DNA of 64,000 bases from Thermoplasmata archaeon (GCA_020348445.1 CP070751.1:2273153-2337152); one strand, 5' to 3'; numbered from the stretch's first letter, positions 54,017-64,000 are shown. Translations and numbers: made by a program. Notes: a model not told the origin generated them from the letters alone.

Positions 54017-55687
54017 ATGAGATCAAAGAAGACAAGTATAATGTTAGTAATAGTTATGATCGCCACTGTGTTTGCAGTGGCCGTGTCTGGGAGTGCGGAA
54101 GGAACAATTCCAGATGGAATGGTTTCCTATTGGAGATTGGATGAAGGGGGTGGAGGGATTGCAGGAGATTCTGCAGATGCGAATGATGGGAACCTAAAAC
54201 CTATTACTGGTCCATCTTGGACAACAGGTAAAGTTGGAGGTGCGCTGAGCCTTGATGGTCTGGATAATTATGTAAATTGCGGGAATGATGCAAGTTTGGC
54301 AATTACTGGGAGTCTCAGTATTGAAGCCTGGATTAAACCAAATGTGGCAACAGATAAGTATCAAATTGTAAGTAAGTGGGATAATGTTGCTGGTGGAAGA
54401 TCTTATTGGTTGGATATTGGTCAAAATAATCTAAGATTTTACATATCCAGTGATGGATCAAGTGGTGATGGAATCGCATATACAATTAATGCGGGACAAT
54501 GGCAACATGTTGTTGGAACGTTCAGGGATTCTGACAATCTACTCAGTTTGTATATAAATTCTGCAAACGTTATTTCAAAAACATCCACCCAGAATTCCAT
54601 TTACAGCAGTTCAGTAGATGTTTTAATTGGTGCATTACATGTAACTGGTTCTCCTGGTAGATTTTTCGATGGTCTAATCGACGAAACTCGAATATATAGC
54701 AGAGCATTAACTGCAGCTGAAATACAGGAGCATTATAATGGAATCTTTAACAATAATGCTGATCTGGCAGGCCTGTGGCATTTTGATGACGCTTCTGACA
54801 ATATTGCGACAGATTCTTCAAGTAATAATAACCATGGAATTTTATTACCATCTGGTCCAACATGGACAACTGGTATAGTTGATGATGCGTTAAGCTTCGA
54901 TGGTGTGGATGATTATGTAAAAACTCCAAATCTTGGTCTAACTGGTTCGTTTAGTGCTGAGTTCTGGTTTAAGCCGGATTCTTTCCCGCCTTATGGCCAA
55001 TATTCTGAAATGATACTCAGCGATATTTGGGATGATGAAACTTCCACATGGTCATCAGATGGTTTTTACATCGGATTTAGAAAATGGGAACCTACTCAAC
55101 TTACATTCCAAATAAGAACTAATTTGAATCATATTACCTCCTCAACAACCTTATCCTCTGGACAATGGTACCACGCAGCTTTTACACATGATGCAGATAC
55201 CACCATATCAAAGATATACATAAATGGAGTAGAGGATGCAAGTGGTTCTGGTGGTAATTTTGTGGATTCCACTTTACCTCTAAAGATTGGAGCTGACCAG
55301 CTCTTTCTACCACATTATTTTGATGGTGATCTTGACGAAGTCGCAATCTGGGATAAAGCCTTAACATCTGATGAGGTTTTACTACATTACACCAACGGAC
55401 TCATTGGAAAAGACTATTGCTATGTACCACCGGACCTAGCCATCCAAAACCTGTTCCAGGAAATCGGGGAAGAAAATCTACCACAAGGCACTGAGAACAG
55501 CCTTTTAGTAAAACTGGATTCAGCACTCGAATCTCTGGAGAACGGTGAGGATAAAGAGGCAATGAACGTATTAAATGCCTTCATAAATGCCGTGGAGGCA
55601 CAGAGAGGAAAGAAGCTCACAGACGCGCAGGCTGATGAGCTGATTGCAGCTGCAGAGGACATAATAACGACTATAAATGAGAGCTGA
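54017..55687 (+). CDS. Exported protein with two LamG domains and a C-terminal FIMAH-like helical domain
   Basis: Signal peptide; MVSYWRLDEG...WQHVVGT...IDETRIY; LAGLWHFDD...WYHAAFT...DEVAIW; tail LPQGTENSLLVKLDSA...LNAFINAVEAQRGKKLTDAQADELI. Confidence 0.85.
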   Translation: MRSKKTSIMLVIVMIATVFAVAVSGSAEGTIPDGMVSYWRLDEGGGGIAGDSADANDGNLKPITGPSWTTGKVGGALSLDGLDNYVNCGNDASLAITGSLSIEAWIKPNVATDKYQIVSKWDNVAGGRSYWLDIGQNNLRFYISSDGSSGDGIAYTINAGQWQHVVGTFRDSDNLLSLYINSANVISKTSTQNSIYSSSVDVLIGALHVTGSPGRFFDGLIDETRIYSRALTAAEIQEHYNGIFNNNADLAGLWHFDDASDNIATDSSSNNNHGILLPSGPTWTTGIVDDALSFDGVDDYVKTPNLGLTGSFSAEFWFKPDSFPPYGQYSEMILSDIWDDETSTWSSDGFYIGFRKWEPTQLTFQIRTNLNHITSSTTLSSGQWYHAAFTHDADTTISKIYINGVEDASGSGGNFVDSTLPLKIGADQLFLPHYFDGDLDEVAIWDKALTSDEVLLHYTNGLIGKDYCYVPPDLAIQNLFQEIGEENLPQGTENSLLVKLDSALESLENGEDKEAMNVLNAFINAVEAQRGKKLTDAQADELIAAAEDIITTINES

Positions 55688-55714
55688 GCCTAGGTAAAAC
55701 AGATTGCTTAGTAG

Positions 55715-55728
55715 GGGCTCGCAAAAAG
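55715..55728 (+). repeat. Post-stop motif, copy 3
   Basis: GGGCTCGCAAAAAG, 27 nt after the stop at 55687. Confidence 0.45.
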
Positions 55729-55917
55729 TGGTATGTTGGCAACGAATTGAGAGACCAGTGGAAACTTCAGAGGTGAGGGTTGGGGTGGGATGCAAAATAG
55801 TAATATTATTCCTGAGCCAAACATATAAATAAACATAACTACATTACTGGCTTGGTAATAAAAAGAACTGCCAGATGAGACAATCTCAAAAGTACCAATT
55901 CAAGGAGGGAGAGAGAT

Positions 55918-58866
55918 ATGAGAAAAATAAAGGCAATAAGATTGATATTGACAGTAATATCCACTTTTGTTTTGGTGATAAGTGTGGTTGCGGCTGTATA
56001 TGGTACAAATGGTACCATGATGAAAGAGTCCGAGCCCATGCAGCTCGAGATCAATCAGCAATCTCAACCACAAGCAGAAACCCACCTAGGGGAAACAGTT
56101 ATCGAGAACGAAGAAAACCCTGTTTATGAATCTGAGAAAGGCGATCCTGGGGAATCGAAGATAATCGAGGGCAACATAGAAAATAAAGTAATCACCGTTG
56201 GGGAAGAAGAGAGCAATATGCTATCCAACGGACCGCCTTCTACTTCAGAATCAAATCCTATACCCTTTAGCACTTACGATTATGTGATCATTACTACAAA
56301 CGATATTGTGGCAAACAGTGAGAGACTTGGCAATTTTGTCTATTTTAAGGAACTGATAGGACATAGCGTCCTGGTCGTTACAGAGGATGATTACGACGTG
56401 CTCACTGGCCCACCGCCAAATGGCAGGGCAGAGAAGATCAGACAATGGTTGATTGACAACGAGCCCACAATGGGGATAGATTACGTCCTGTTGATTGGAA
56501 ATCCAGATCCCGATGAGCCCCTGGATCCAGCAGATTCTGTAGGTGATTTGCCAATGAAGGCCACAATGTACGGCTACTTCGATCAGAGCCAGAGCAATAT
56601 TCCAACGGACATGTACTATGCCGAGCTGGAAGGCGATTGGGACCTTGATGGTGACGGGTACTATGCCGAAAATGTAGATTTCAACAATCCCGAAACACCC
56701 GATCCCATCAATATCAATACCGACTATTTCTCTGCACGATGGGAAGGGTACGTTTATTGCGATTTCACAGAGGAGTACGAATGGCAGACTTTCACGGACG
56801 GTGGTGTGAAGCTCTGGATAGATGGTGTTAAGATCATCGACAACTGGGACCCATTCAGCGAGCATGGCCCCGAAAATGACAAGGTTATGAGGGACATGAC
56901 TGCAGGCTACCATACTATCAAGGTCGAATACAAGGAGCATACTGGTGACGCCATCATGAGGCTCTATTACAGGACAAATGTGAGTTCAAGCGATCCAAAT
57001 CACGTGGGCCGTCAGATCATACCCCTGGACCATCTAAGGAACGAGACAGATACTGCCGACGGCCTCACCGGCAGATACTTCAACAACATAGATCTAACAG
57101 GTCCGCCTGATCTTTACAGACCCGATAACGAGGAGGTCAATTTCATCTGGGGGACCGGAGACAGGCATCCTAATGGACCCCAGAACGATGCCGATGTCTG
57201 GGTTGGCAGGATACCTGTCTACGATAGCGACTATGAAGAACTGGATAGCATCCTGGGCAAGATCATTCAGTACGAAACCGACCCTGGGGATATCAGCTGG
57301 AGGGAGTCCATTCTCATACCTGTATGGCCCCTAACCGACACCACCCCCGCCTATCAGTACGGCGAGGAGGTGCTCAACGATTATGCAATCCCTGCCGGAT
57401 TCTCATACTACCGGATATACAAGGAGGACTACTCCCCAGTGGGAGGACCCACACCTGAGGATTGGCCCACCTCTTGGACCAAAGTTTTAGGTGAATGGCA
57501 AAATTGTTACGGGGCCGTGACGTGGTGGACCCACGGCAGCGAAACAACTGCATCTAATATATTCTCCTCGTCAAAGGCTCAATACCTAAACGATTCAAAA
57601 CCATCCTTTACTTTCCAGAACTCTTGCGGCAACGCAGATCCCGAGACCACAAACAACCTGGCGTATGCAATCCTGAAAAACGGTGGAATAGCTACTGTAG
57701 GATCAACCAGGGGTTCAACTGGCTCCCGTGGTAACTGGACCTATGACTCTTCAAAGTATGCCAATCCCAATTTTGGTTACGCGTACTTTAAACATGTCAT
57801 CCAGGACGGCTGGCCAGCAGGCAAAGCCCTGGTTGAGGCCAAGAAACCCACGGGCAGTATACACAATAACGAACTGAACTACAACCTCTTTGGAGATCCC
57901 GAGACTTACCTTCTGCTTACGTTCCCTAATCATCCACCAGTTGCGGATGCAAACGGACCTTATTCTGCAGATGAAGGCACCACTGTTGTATTTGACGGAT
58001 CAGGTTCATACGATCCCGAAGGCGATCCGCTTGAGTTCAGGTGGGACCTAGACGGTGACGGGAATTGGGACACAAACTGGTCGTCAAGTGCCACAGTTAC
58101 CTTTACATGGGGCGACGACTACACGGGTAATATCAATCTTCAGGTGAGGGACCTGCTTGGACTCAAAGGCGAAGATACCACGACTGTGACAGTGAACAAT
58201 GTTGCGCCCACAATTGAAGAAATAAAAGCATACATAACGGTCAACTTCACGCTGCGCATAGCAGGTGAGAAGTGGCACAACGTCGAGCTGTTCGTCTTAG
58301 AGGACGGTACCCAGATTGGCTACGCTGAGGTGGTGCGCTATCCAGGAAGCCCAGACGACCAAGCTGTAACAATCACAGCAATATGCGATGTCACCAAGGT
58401 CATTTCAGTTAAGGTCCTGTACACACCTTTGAATGATACTGTCAACGGCCAAATAAATGGTGCAACTCCCTGTTGGGTGAACATCTCCTTTGAGGATGGT
58501 GGTTATAACCGTTCTCATCATACCTTCAACGTCAAGCATCCAGATACCTGGGAATGGATAATTGGTGTGAACAAGTACTTTGTTGGTCATGAGATAACAT
58601 TTGAATCCACTGCATCCGACCCCGGAAGCGATGATCTAACTTTTACCTGGTTCTGGGATGATTTGACTCCTGATACAGTGACCACCTACTTCAATAATGG
58701 AGTTAGTCCAGATCCATACCCAAGTCCAGGTGGAATTTATCCTGTTTCGCAGTTTGATCAACATGGGCACACTTTTTATGCCAACGGGAATTACAATGTC
58801 CAGCTGACAGTGACCGACGATGATGGTGACAGTACGAGTGTTGTCATAGTTGTTATCTTGATTTAG
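55918..58866 (+). CDS. Exported gingipain-like peptidase C25 with inserted permuted PA14, paralog 2
   Basis: Collinear with 40921..43857; WWTHGSET (cf. RgpB GHGSET) and FQNSCGN dyad; same PKD and C-terminal insert. Confidence 0.88.
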   Translation: MRKIKAIRLILTVISTFVLVISVVAAVYGTNGTMMKESEPMQLEINQQSQPQAETHLGETVIENEENPVYESEKGDPGESKIIEGNIENKVITVGEEESNMLSNGPPSTSESNPIPFSTYDYVIITTNDIVANSERLGNFVYFKELIGHSVLVVTEDDYDVLTGPPPNGRAEKIRQWLIDNEPTMGIDYVLLIGNPDPDEPLDPADSVGDLPMKATMYGYFDQSQSNIPTDMYYAELEGDWDLDGDGYYAENVDFNNPETPDPININTDYFSARWEGYVYCDFTEEYEWQTFTDGGVKLWIDGVKIIDNWDPFSEHGPENDKVMRDMTAGYHTIKVEYKEHTGDAIMRLYYRTNVSSSDPNHVGRQIIPLDHLRNETDTADGLTGRYFNNIDLTGPPDLYRPDNEEVNFIWGTGDRHPNGPQNDADVWVGRIPVYDSDYEELDSILGKIIQYETDPGDISWRESILIPVWPLTDTTPAYQYGEEVLNDYAIPAGFSYYRIYKEDYSPVGGPTPEDWPTSWTKVLGEWQNCYGAVTWWTHGSETTASNIFSSSKAQYLNDSKPSFTFQNSCGNADPETTNNLAYAILKNGGIATVGSTRGSTGSRGNWTYDSSKYANPNFGYAYFKHVIQDGWPAGKALVEAKKPTGSIHNNELNYNLFGDPETYLLLTFPNHPPVADANGPYSADEGTTVVFDGSGSYDPEGDPLEFRWDLDGDGNWDTNWSSSATVTFTWGDDYTGNINLQVRDLLGLKGEDTTTVTVNNVAPTIEEIKAYITVNFTLRIAGEKWHNVELFVLEDGTQIGYAEVVRYPGSPDDQAVTITAICDVTKVISVKVLYTPLNDTVNGQINGATPCWVNISFEDGGYNRSHHTFNVKHPDTWEWIIGVNKYFVGHEITFESTASDPGSDDLTFTWFWDDLTPDTVTTYFNNGVSPDPYPSPGGIYPVSQFDQHGHTFYANGNYNVQLTVTDDDGDSTSVVIVVILI

Positions 58867-58891
58867 TAGTAATTACAGTCCTTTAGAATTT

Positions 58892-58928
58892 GGGCGCGCA
58901 AAAAAGGACGTGTCAGTGGATTGGGAGG
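58892..58928 (+). repeat. Post-stop motif, copy 4 (longest match to copy 1)
   Basis: GGGCGCGCAAAAAAGGACGTGTCAGTGGA versus copy 1 GGGCGCGCAAAAGGGGGCGCGTCGGTGGA: 24/29 identical; both followed by TGGGAGG; 25 nt after the stop at 58866. Confidence 0.6.
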
Positions 58929-58977
58929 CCATATGACAACAAATGTAGGGGTGAGGTGAAATAATATGCATATGCTT

Positions 58978-60300
58978 TTAGCAGATCCTCTGAGATGAGA
59001 TCGAAGAAATAACATTCCCTTTCGAATCATAGATGGTGTTAACACTCAGTTCAATATCTATCTTTTTACCATCCTTGGTCATTATTTTCATTTCTTTATT
59101 TCTCAATTTTCCTGTTTTGGCCCATTCATCGAAGCATTCCCTAGCATAAGCCTTGGATTCTTCCGCATATATACTTAAAAGAGGCATACCTATGAGTTCA
59201 TCTCTTGAATAGCCCAGTGTTTTTATTGCCATATCATTGCATTCTAAAATTTTCCCCTCTGGGCTGACCCTATAGAATAGATCGGGTGAGGTATTGAAAG
59301 TTGTGCGATATATTTCTTCGCTCATTAGTAACGCTTCCTCCGTCTTTATTTTTGCCCATGCAAAGGAGAGCTCTTCAGCCAGCTCTTCAAGAAGGTGAAT
59401 CTCCTCTTCATCAATTTCATACTCTGATTTAGAGCACATGGTCAATACCCCCACAATAGAATCCTGATATTTCATGGGAATAAGTATTGTTTGATGTTCT
59501 TCCTCTTGCTCATAGTACCCACATGTGGCACAATATCCTTCATTGCTTCTCATCCTCTGGTTAGATTGGGATTTCAATACGGCCTTGATACACTCGGGTG
59601 CTTCACCTTCACCATCAGGCCCTATTTCCCAGGTACTCTGTTGATGCTTTCCACTGTGTGCTAGGGGTACTATTTTGCCACTGTTATCATCCAGAACAGC
59701 AATGGCTATATCCATGTAATCCCTCGTTTCGATCAATTTATCACATGACTTTTGCATAAGTGAAGATAATTCTGATTCGCGGCCGATTATTTGTCCTATT
59801 TCCTTTATTGAAAATAGCAAACTATTCAGATACCTGATCCGTTCTTCAGTCAGTTTGTTCAAGGTGATATCCCGGACAATGCCAAGCATACGAATTGCCT
59901 TCCCATTCTCATCCCTAATGACGTCTCCTGTTTCAGAAACCCAGCGCACGGTGCCATCTGGCCAGACGATTCGATGTTCGATTGCGTATTCTTTACCATC
60001 TTTAACACAGGCATCTACAGAATCCTGAACAAATTGTCTATCATCCGAATGAACGCTACCTAAAAATGCATCATAGGTAGCGCCGAATTTACCCTTATTG
60101 AATCCAAACATGGGTTCGATTGTTTCGGACCAGTGCAGATCTCCGGTGAGAATGTCCCAATCCCAACTGCCGATATTGGCTGCTCTTTGTGCCAATTTAT
60201 ATCTCTCTTCACTTCTTTTCAGCGCCTCCTCCACCTTCTTTTGCGCAGTGATGTCTTTAGGTTTCTCGACCTTTGTTTTAGAATCCTTATTCTTCTCCAT
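58978..60300 (-). CDS. PAS-GAF-PAS sensory protein without output domain (possibly a truncated fragment)
   Basis: IGSWDWDI...VHSDD...EHRIVWPDGTVRWV...GIVRDIT; GAF LMQKSC...ILIPMKY...VGVLTM; second PAS ends SSISSQRIC* with no HisKA/HATPase. Confidence 0.8.
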   Translation of the reverse strand: MEKNKDSKTKVEKPKDITAQKKVEEALKRSEERYKLAQRAANIGSWDWDILTGDLHWSETIEPMFGFNKGKFGATYDAFLGSVHSDDRQFVQDSVDACVKDGKEYAIEHRIVWPDGTVRWVSETGDVIRDENGKAIRMLGIVRDITLNKLTEERIRYLNSLLFSIKEIGQIIGRESELSSLMQKSCDKLIETRDYMDIAIAVLDDNSGKIVPLAHSGKHQQSTWEIGPDGEGEAPECIKAVLKSQSNQRMRSNEGYCATCGYYEQEEEHQTILIPMKYQDSIVGVLTMCSKSEYEIDEEEIHLLEELAEELSFAWAKIKTEEALLMSEEIYRTTFNTSPDLFYRVSPEGKILECNDMAIKTLGYSRDELIGMPLLSIYAEESKAYARECFDEWAKTGKLRNKEMKIMTKDGKKIDIELSVNTIYDSKGNVISSISSQRIC

Positions 60301-60433
60301 TTACTTCCCCCTTCTTTTTTCCTTCCCGGAATCCCCACTTTCCGAAAAGGCAATTCTCTAATCTGCTCGGTTGTATATAATATTTCTGTTAGTTATTGTA
60401 CAGATTCTGAATCTTTATTCAGATGTTTATTAA

Positions 60434-63400
60434 CTATATTGTCTTCAGTTCCCTAAGTCTATCCTTATACTTTTCTTCGAGAAGTGTTAATTGAATGTAG
60501 GTCAATCGTTCCTTTTCAGTATCAACTTTAATTTCGGTATCTATATCGATTAATTCCGAAACAGATGTACTTTCATCAAGGCGGCGTTTGTACTTGCGGT
60601 ACAGCCGCTTTTTTCGAGTAATGACCATGGAACCCAAGATCACTGCACCGATACCCATTAATATACCCATGACCAGTTCACCTATCTCGAATTCCACACC
60701 CCAGAACCTTATCAGGTTCGGGTCTTTTTGAACTTTCGGATCCAATGGTGCGTAGTCATCGTAATCGGGCACACCGTCGTTATCATCATCAAAATCCGCA
60801 TTATTGGCTATCCCATCCATATCTGTATCCAAGGGCACACTAGTGTTATCCTTGGGATCGGATCCCGCAGCCTCTTCGATATAATTTGACCAGCCGTCAT
60901 TATCGTCATCATCGTCCATGTCATCAGGGATATTATCTCCATCAAAATCGGGAGGGTGGTCATTGGCATCGTGGATGTCTGTTCCGTAACTGCGCTCCAG
61001 ATCATCGGAAAAACCGTCATTATCATCATCATCATCGGCATTGTCCCCGATGCTATCGTTATCAGAATCCTGCCATTCGGTCCTGTCTTTAGGGAATTGG
61101 TCACTGTTATCTCCCCAGCCGTCATTATCGAGGTCCCTCCATTCTGTTGGATCATCTGGGAAAGCATCATCGAACTGATCCCCGTGTCTGTCGCCATCTG
61201 AGTCAACGTATTCGAAGGGATCCCAAGGTAAGTCCTCACTATTATCTCCCCACCCATCACCGTCGCTATCGACCCATTCAAATCCATTATCTGGAAAAGC
61301 ATCTATAAAGTCTGGGTATCCATCGTTGTCATTGTCCGGTTTAAAATCTATACAGTTTCTATTCAATCTTATAGTAAAGGAATTACTATCTTCATTTACA
61401 AAGGCAAGATCAAGATCAATATCATTATCCACATCACCCAGGATAGTGGATCTGACACGGGATATAGTTGGATAATCCTCCCTAAAGTAAAAACCGCCCT
61501 TTCCGTTATTTTTATAGACCGTAATTGAGTGGCCATAATAGTTACCAATGATTAAGTCTTGATCACTATCTGAATCTATATCTCCCAAACACATAGATCG
61601 CGGGTATTCTCCCACAGGATAGTCCGTCTTCGTACCAAAATTACCTAAACCATCGTTTTTTAGGATCGAGACACTTTCACTCCAAGCATTTCCTACAATA
61701 ATATCTAAATCTCCATCACTCTCCACATCACCGAATATAACTGCTTGTGGATTATCACCTACTGGATAATCGCGACTCCACGAGAATTCACCAGCACCAT
61801 TATTTCTAAATACTACTACCTCATCATCTTCGGTATCTGCCACTACAATATCCATATCATTATCTTCATTGATATCTCCCATATAGATTGCGCTTGGATT
61901 ATCGAGTCCATCGAGACCACCATAATTTTTTTCATTCCCGAAACCCCCTATTCCATTGTTAATACGAACAGAAAGATCATTGTCATTTTTGTTCAAAGTA
62001 ACCATATCTATAAAATTATCCCCATTGACCTCTGCTAGATATAATATTGGGCCCGAACCCATTAAATATTTATATTGAGATCCAAAGATCCCAGTCCCAT
62101 CATTTTTTCTAAGCGAAACATATCCAGAGGAGGCAGTCCCTCCACCTGAGTAGAATAGATCTAGATCTCCATCATTATTTATATCGCCCAATGCAACTGT
62201 ATTTGGACGGTTCCAGTCATCTACTGTATAATCGGTTCTTTCACCGAAATTTCCATGGCCATCATTAAAATATACTGATATTGTACTGCTTCCATAATTA
62301 GCGATGACAATATCAGATATATCATCTCCATCGATATCGCCCATAAATAAAGAACGTGGTCCAGATTCCATAGGATAATGTGTTTCTATATTGAACCAAC
62401 CATGACCTTCATTTATCAGTATTGAGATTCTATCCGGTTTTGGCCTACCATTAGGAACTGCAATATCCAGATCACCATCCTTATCAATATCACCTAAGTC
62501 AAATAACCTAGGATATCCGCGCCCCACTTTAAACTCTAACTTGGCCTTGAACGAACCGTCTCCAGAGTTAATAAATATTCCGACAATATTCTCTAGATTT
62601 AATTTTTTTGTTATTAATACATCCAAGTCACTATCACCATCTATATCATCTAAATGTATGAAAGATGGATAATCGCCAGCAGGATAATCAGTTCTATCTG
62701 GGAATTTTCCGGTGCCATCGTTCTTTAAAACAGATATTGAATCCTCACCTGGGTCCAATATAGGTCCCTTGTTCGTCACCACTATATCCTGATCAGAATC
62801 TCCATCTATATCACCTAAAGAAATCGAGTATGGGTTATTAAAGTCCGTGTAATTGGTTAAATCTACAAATGCCCCCGCTTTATCATTAAATAAAACAACA
62901 ATTGTATCATTATAGGGTAGTGTGGCCACAATATCAAGATAATTATCTCCATTTATATCGCCCATGTGAATATCCTCGGGGTGATATCCTACCCAATAAT
63001 CTTTTAAATTACCATATTGTCCACTTCCATCATTTTTCAAAACCGAGACATTATAGTTCCTACTATTAGCGGTTACAATATCTAGATCGGAATCTCCATC
63101 CACATCGCCGACATAGAGATGAAATGGCCACTTACCCACCACATAATCTTGTTCTGATCCGAAATTACCAAAGCCATTGGTGTTGAATCTCACAGTGACA
63201 CGGTCATCGTAGGGAATGGCGTGAACAATGTCCGGATCGCCATCACCATCGATATCACCCATCATTAATGAGGACTGCCCCGCTACATCTGAATAGGTTG
63301 TTTTGTTTTCAAAGTTACCTTTTCCATCATTTGTCATCGTATAGAAATTGTCATCATCCATACTCGCAGTCACAACATCAAGATATCCATCGCGATTGAT

Positions 63401-63574
63401 ATCTACTAATGCGACATCCATGCAACATATTCCCATTTTATACCATTGTACACTTGTTTCTATTTCTACAGCATCCGCAGGTTCTGATATGAAAGCCAGA
63501 CCAGAAAAAAGGCTCAAAAACATTCCTATTACTAGCGCACAAACTATACTCCTATCCGATTTGATTTTCCACAT
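60434..63574 (-). CDS. Membrane-anchored FG-GAP/VCBS beta-propeller protein with thrombospondin type-3-like Ca-binding repeats
   Basis: Signal peptide; about 14 repeats of GD[IV]DGDxDLDIV.AN...VSVL.NDG.G.F; DxDxDGxxDxxDxFPxD repeats; TM followed by RKKR and a helical tail. Confidence 0.9.
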   Translation of the reverse strand: MWKIKSDRSIVCALVIGMFLSLFSGLAFISEPADAVEIETSVQWYKMGICCMDVALVDINRDGYLDVVTASMDDDNFYTMTNDGKGNFENKTTYSDVAGQSSLMMGDIDGDGDPDIVHAIPYDDRVTVRFNTNGFGNFGSEQDYVVGKWPFHLYVGDVDGDSDLDIVTANSRNYNVSVLKNDGSGQYGNLKDYWVGYHPEDIHMGDINGDNYLDIVATLPYNDTIVVLFNDKAGAFVDLTNYTDFNNPYSISLGDIDGDSDQDIVVTNKGPILDPGEDSISVLKNDGTGKFPDRTDYPAGDYPSFIHLDDIDGDSDLDVLITKKLNLENIVGIFINSGDGSFKAKLEFKVGRGYPRLFDLGDIDKDGDLDIAVPNGRPKPDRISILINEGHGWFNIETHYPMESGPRSLFMGDIDGDDISDIVIANYGSSTISVYFNDGHGNFGERTDYTVDDWNRPNTVALGDINNDGDLDLFYSGGGTASSGYVSLRKNDGTGIFGSQYKYLMGSGPILYLAEVNGDNFIDMVTLNKNDNDLSVRINNGIGGFGNEKNYGGLDGLDNPSAIYMGDINEDNDMDIVVADTEDDEVVVFRNNGAGEFSWSRDYPVGDNPQAVIFGDVESDGDLDIIVGNAWSESVSILKNDGLGNFGTKTDYPVGEYPRSMCLGDIDSDSDQDLIIGNYYGHSITVYKNNGKGGFYFREDYPTISRVRSTILGDVDNDIDLDLAFVNEDSNSFTIRLNRNCIDFKPDNDNDGYPDFIDAFPDNGFEWVDSDGDGWGDNSEDLPWDPFEYVDSDGDRHGDQFDDAFPDDPTEWRDLDNDGWGDNSDQFPKDRTEWQDSDNDSIGDNADDDDDNDGFSDDLERSYGTDIHDANDHPPDFDGDNIPDDMDDDDDNDGWSNYIEEAAGSDPKDNTSVPLDTDMDGIANNADFDDDNDGVPDYDDYAPLDPKVQKDPNLIRFWGVEFEIGELVMGILMGIGAVILGSMVITRKKRLYRKYKRRLDESTSVSELIDIDTEIKVDTEKERLTYIQLTLLEEKYKDRLRELKTI

Positions 63575-63788
63575 GTATTACCCCCCCTAAGGGTTTCAAT
63601 TGTACAATCAGGAAGTTTTTACAAATATAAATATTTTGACATACCTTATTGAATCATAGAATTATATTAATAAAACCCAGTGCTAAAACGCTATGCAAAT
63701 ACAATGGAACGTATATGTGTGGTGGCATCAAAGGAGGGAGGCACAGACTGCGGGAGGTGAAGCGGGTGATGACAATCCGATAAACTCG

Positions 63789-64000
63789 TTACCGTAATCT
63801 CCTCCAAAACACATACAACAAAACAGTCATTATTATGACAACAATTCCGATTACAATGCCTATTTGTCCAATATTCTCTATTGCACCCTTTGTGGTCTCA
63901 CCACCATTTTGAGATGAAGACACATTATGCGACTCCAGTATTTGAGTCGCCAGGGAGAACGAAATTAATAAACCAGTATCGATTCCTTTAAGTAGTTCTT
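63789..64000 (-). CDS. C-terminal fragment of a membrane-anchored protein (5' part outside the window)
   Basis: Open frame from 63998: ...SSSQNGGETTKGAIENIGQIGIVIGIVVIIMTVLLYVFWRRLR*, i.e. polar linker, TM helix and basic stop-transfer residues. Confidence 0.7.
   Translation of the reverse strand, partial: ELLKGIDTGLLISFSLATQILESHNVSSSQNGGETTKGAIENIGQIGIVIGIVVIIMTVLLYVFWRRLR

Noticed and set aside
60740-63400. Recurrent ATCATC/ATCGCC-type repeats
   Set aside because: They encode Asp-rich FG-GAP and TSP3 protein repeats and are not DNA-level elements.
21328-64000. Interpretation of the surface-protein region as a prophage, integrative element or IS-bounded island
   Set aside because: No integrase, transposase, tRNA attachment site or viral hallmark gene was seen, and ordinary cellular genes (mscS, cspA, CDGSH, J-domain) are interspersed.

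Overview
Archaeal genomic window. The evidence is an archaeal-type ThiC, a long-form AMP phosphorylase, an archaeal lipobox protein and GGAGG/GGTGA ribosome-binding sites. The gingipain/SBBP/PKD/NosD-rich surface repertoire is consistent with an uncultured sediment Thermoplasmatota lineage (inference). No rRNA, tRNA, CRISPR array, integrase or transposase was recognised. The first ~21 kb holds metabolic, membrane and small hypothetical genes: a partial TPR protein, thiC, a MacB/FtsX-type ABC pair, pspC, a GATase, an asparaginase-like protein and AMP phosphorylase. From ~21.3 kb to the end the window is dominated by about 11 large exported or surface proteins built from shuffled modules. Strongest observations: (1) an L-asparaginase-fold protein whose canonical N-terminal ~80 residues sit in the middle of the chain, with the nucleophile Thr replaced by Ala; (2) two gingipain (C25) paralogs, each with a circularly permuted PA14 domain inserted in the catalytic domain; (3) exported proteins ending in mutually exclusive terminal modules (a ~170-aa twin-GWN domain in four proteins, a conserved PKD insert in two, TM plus a shared cytoplasmic tail in two), suggesting an undescribed surface docking or anchoring system; (4) an unannotated 54-aa Lys-rich CCCH protein; (5) a conserved non-coding motif 25-32 nt downstream of four stop codons. 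All family assignments come from motif recognition by eye; no database search was run.
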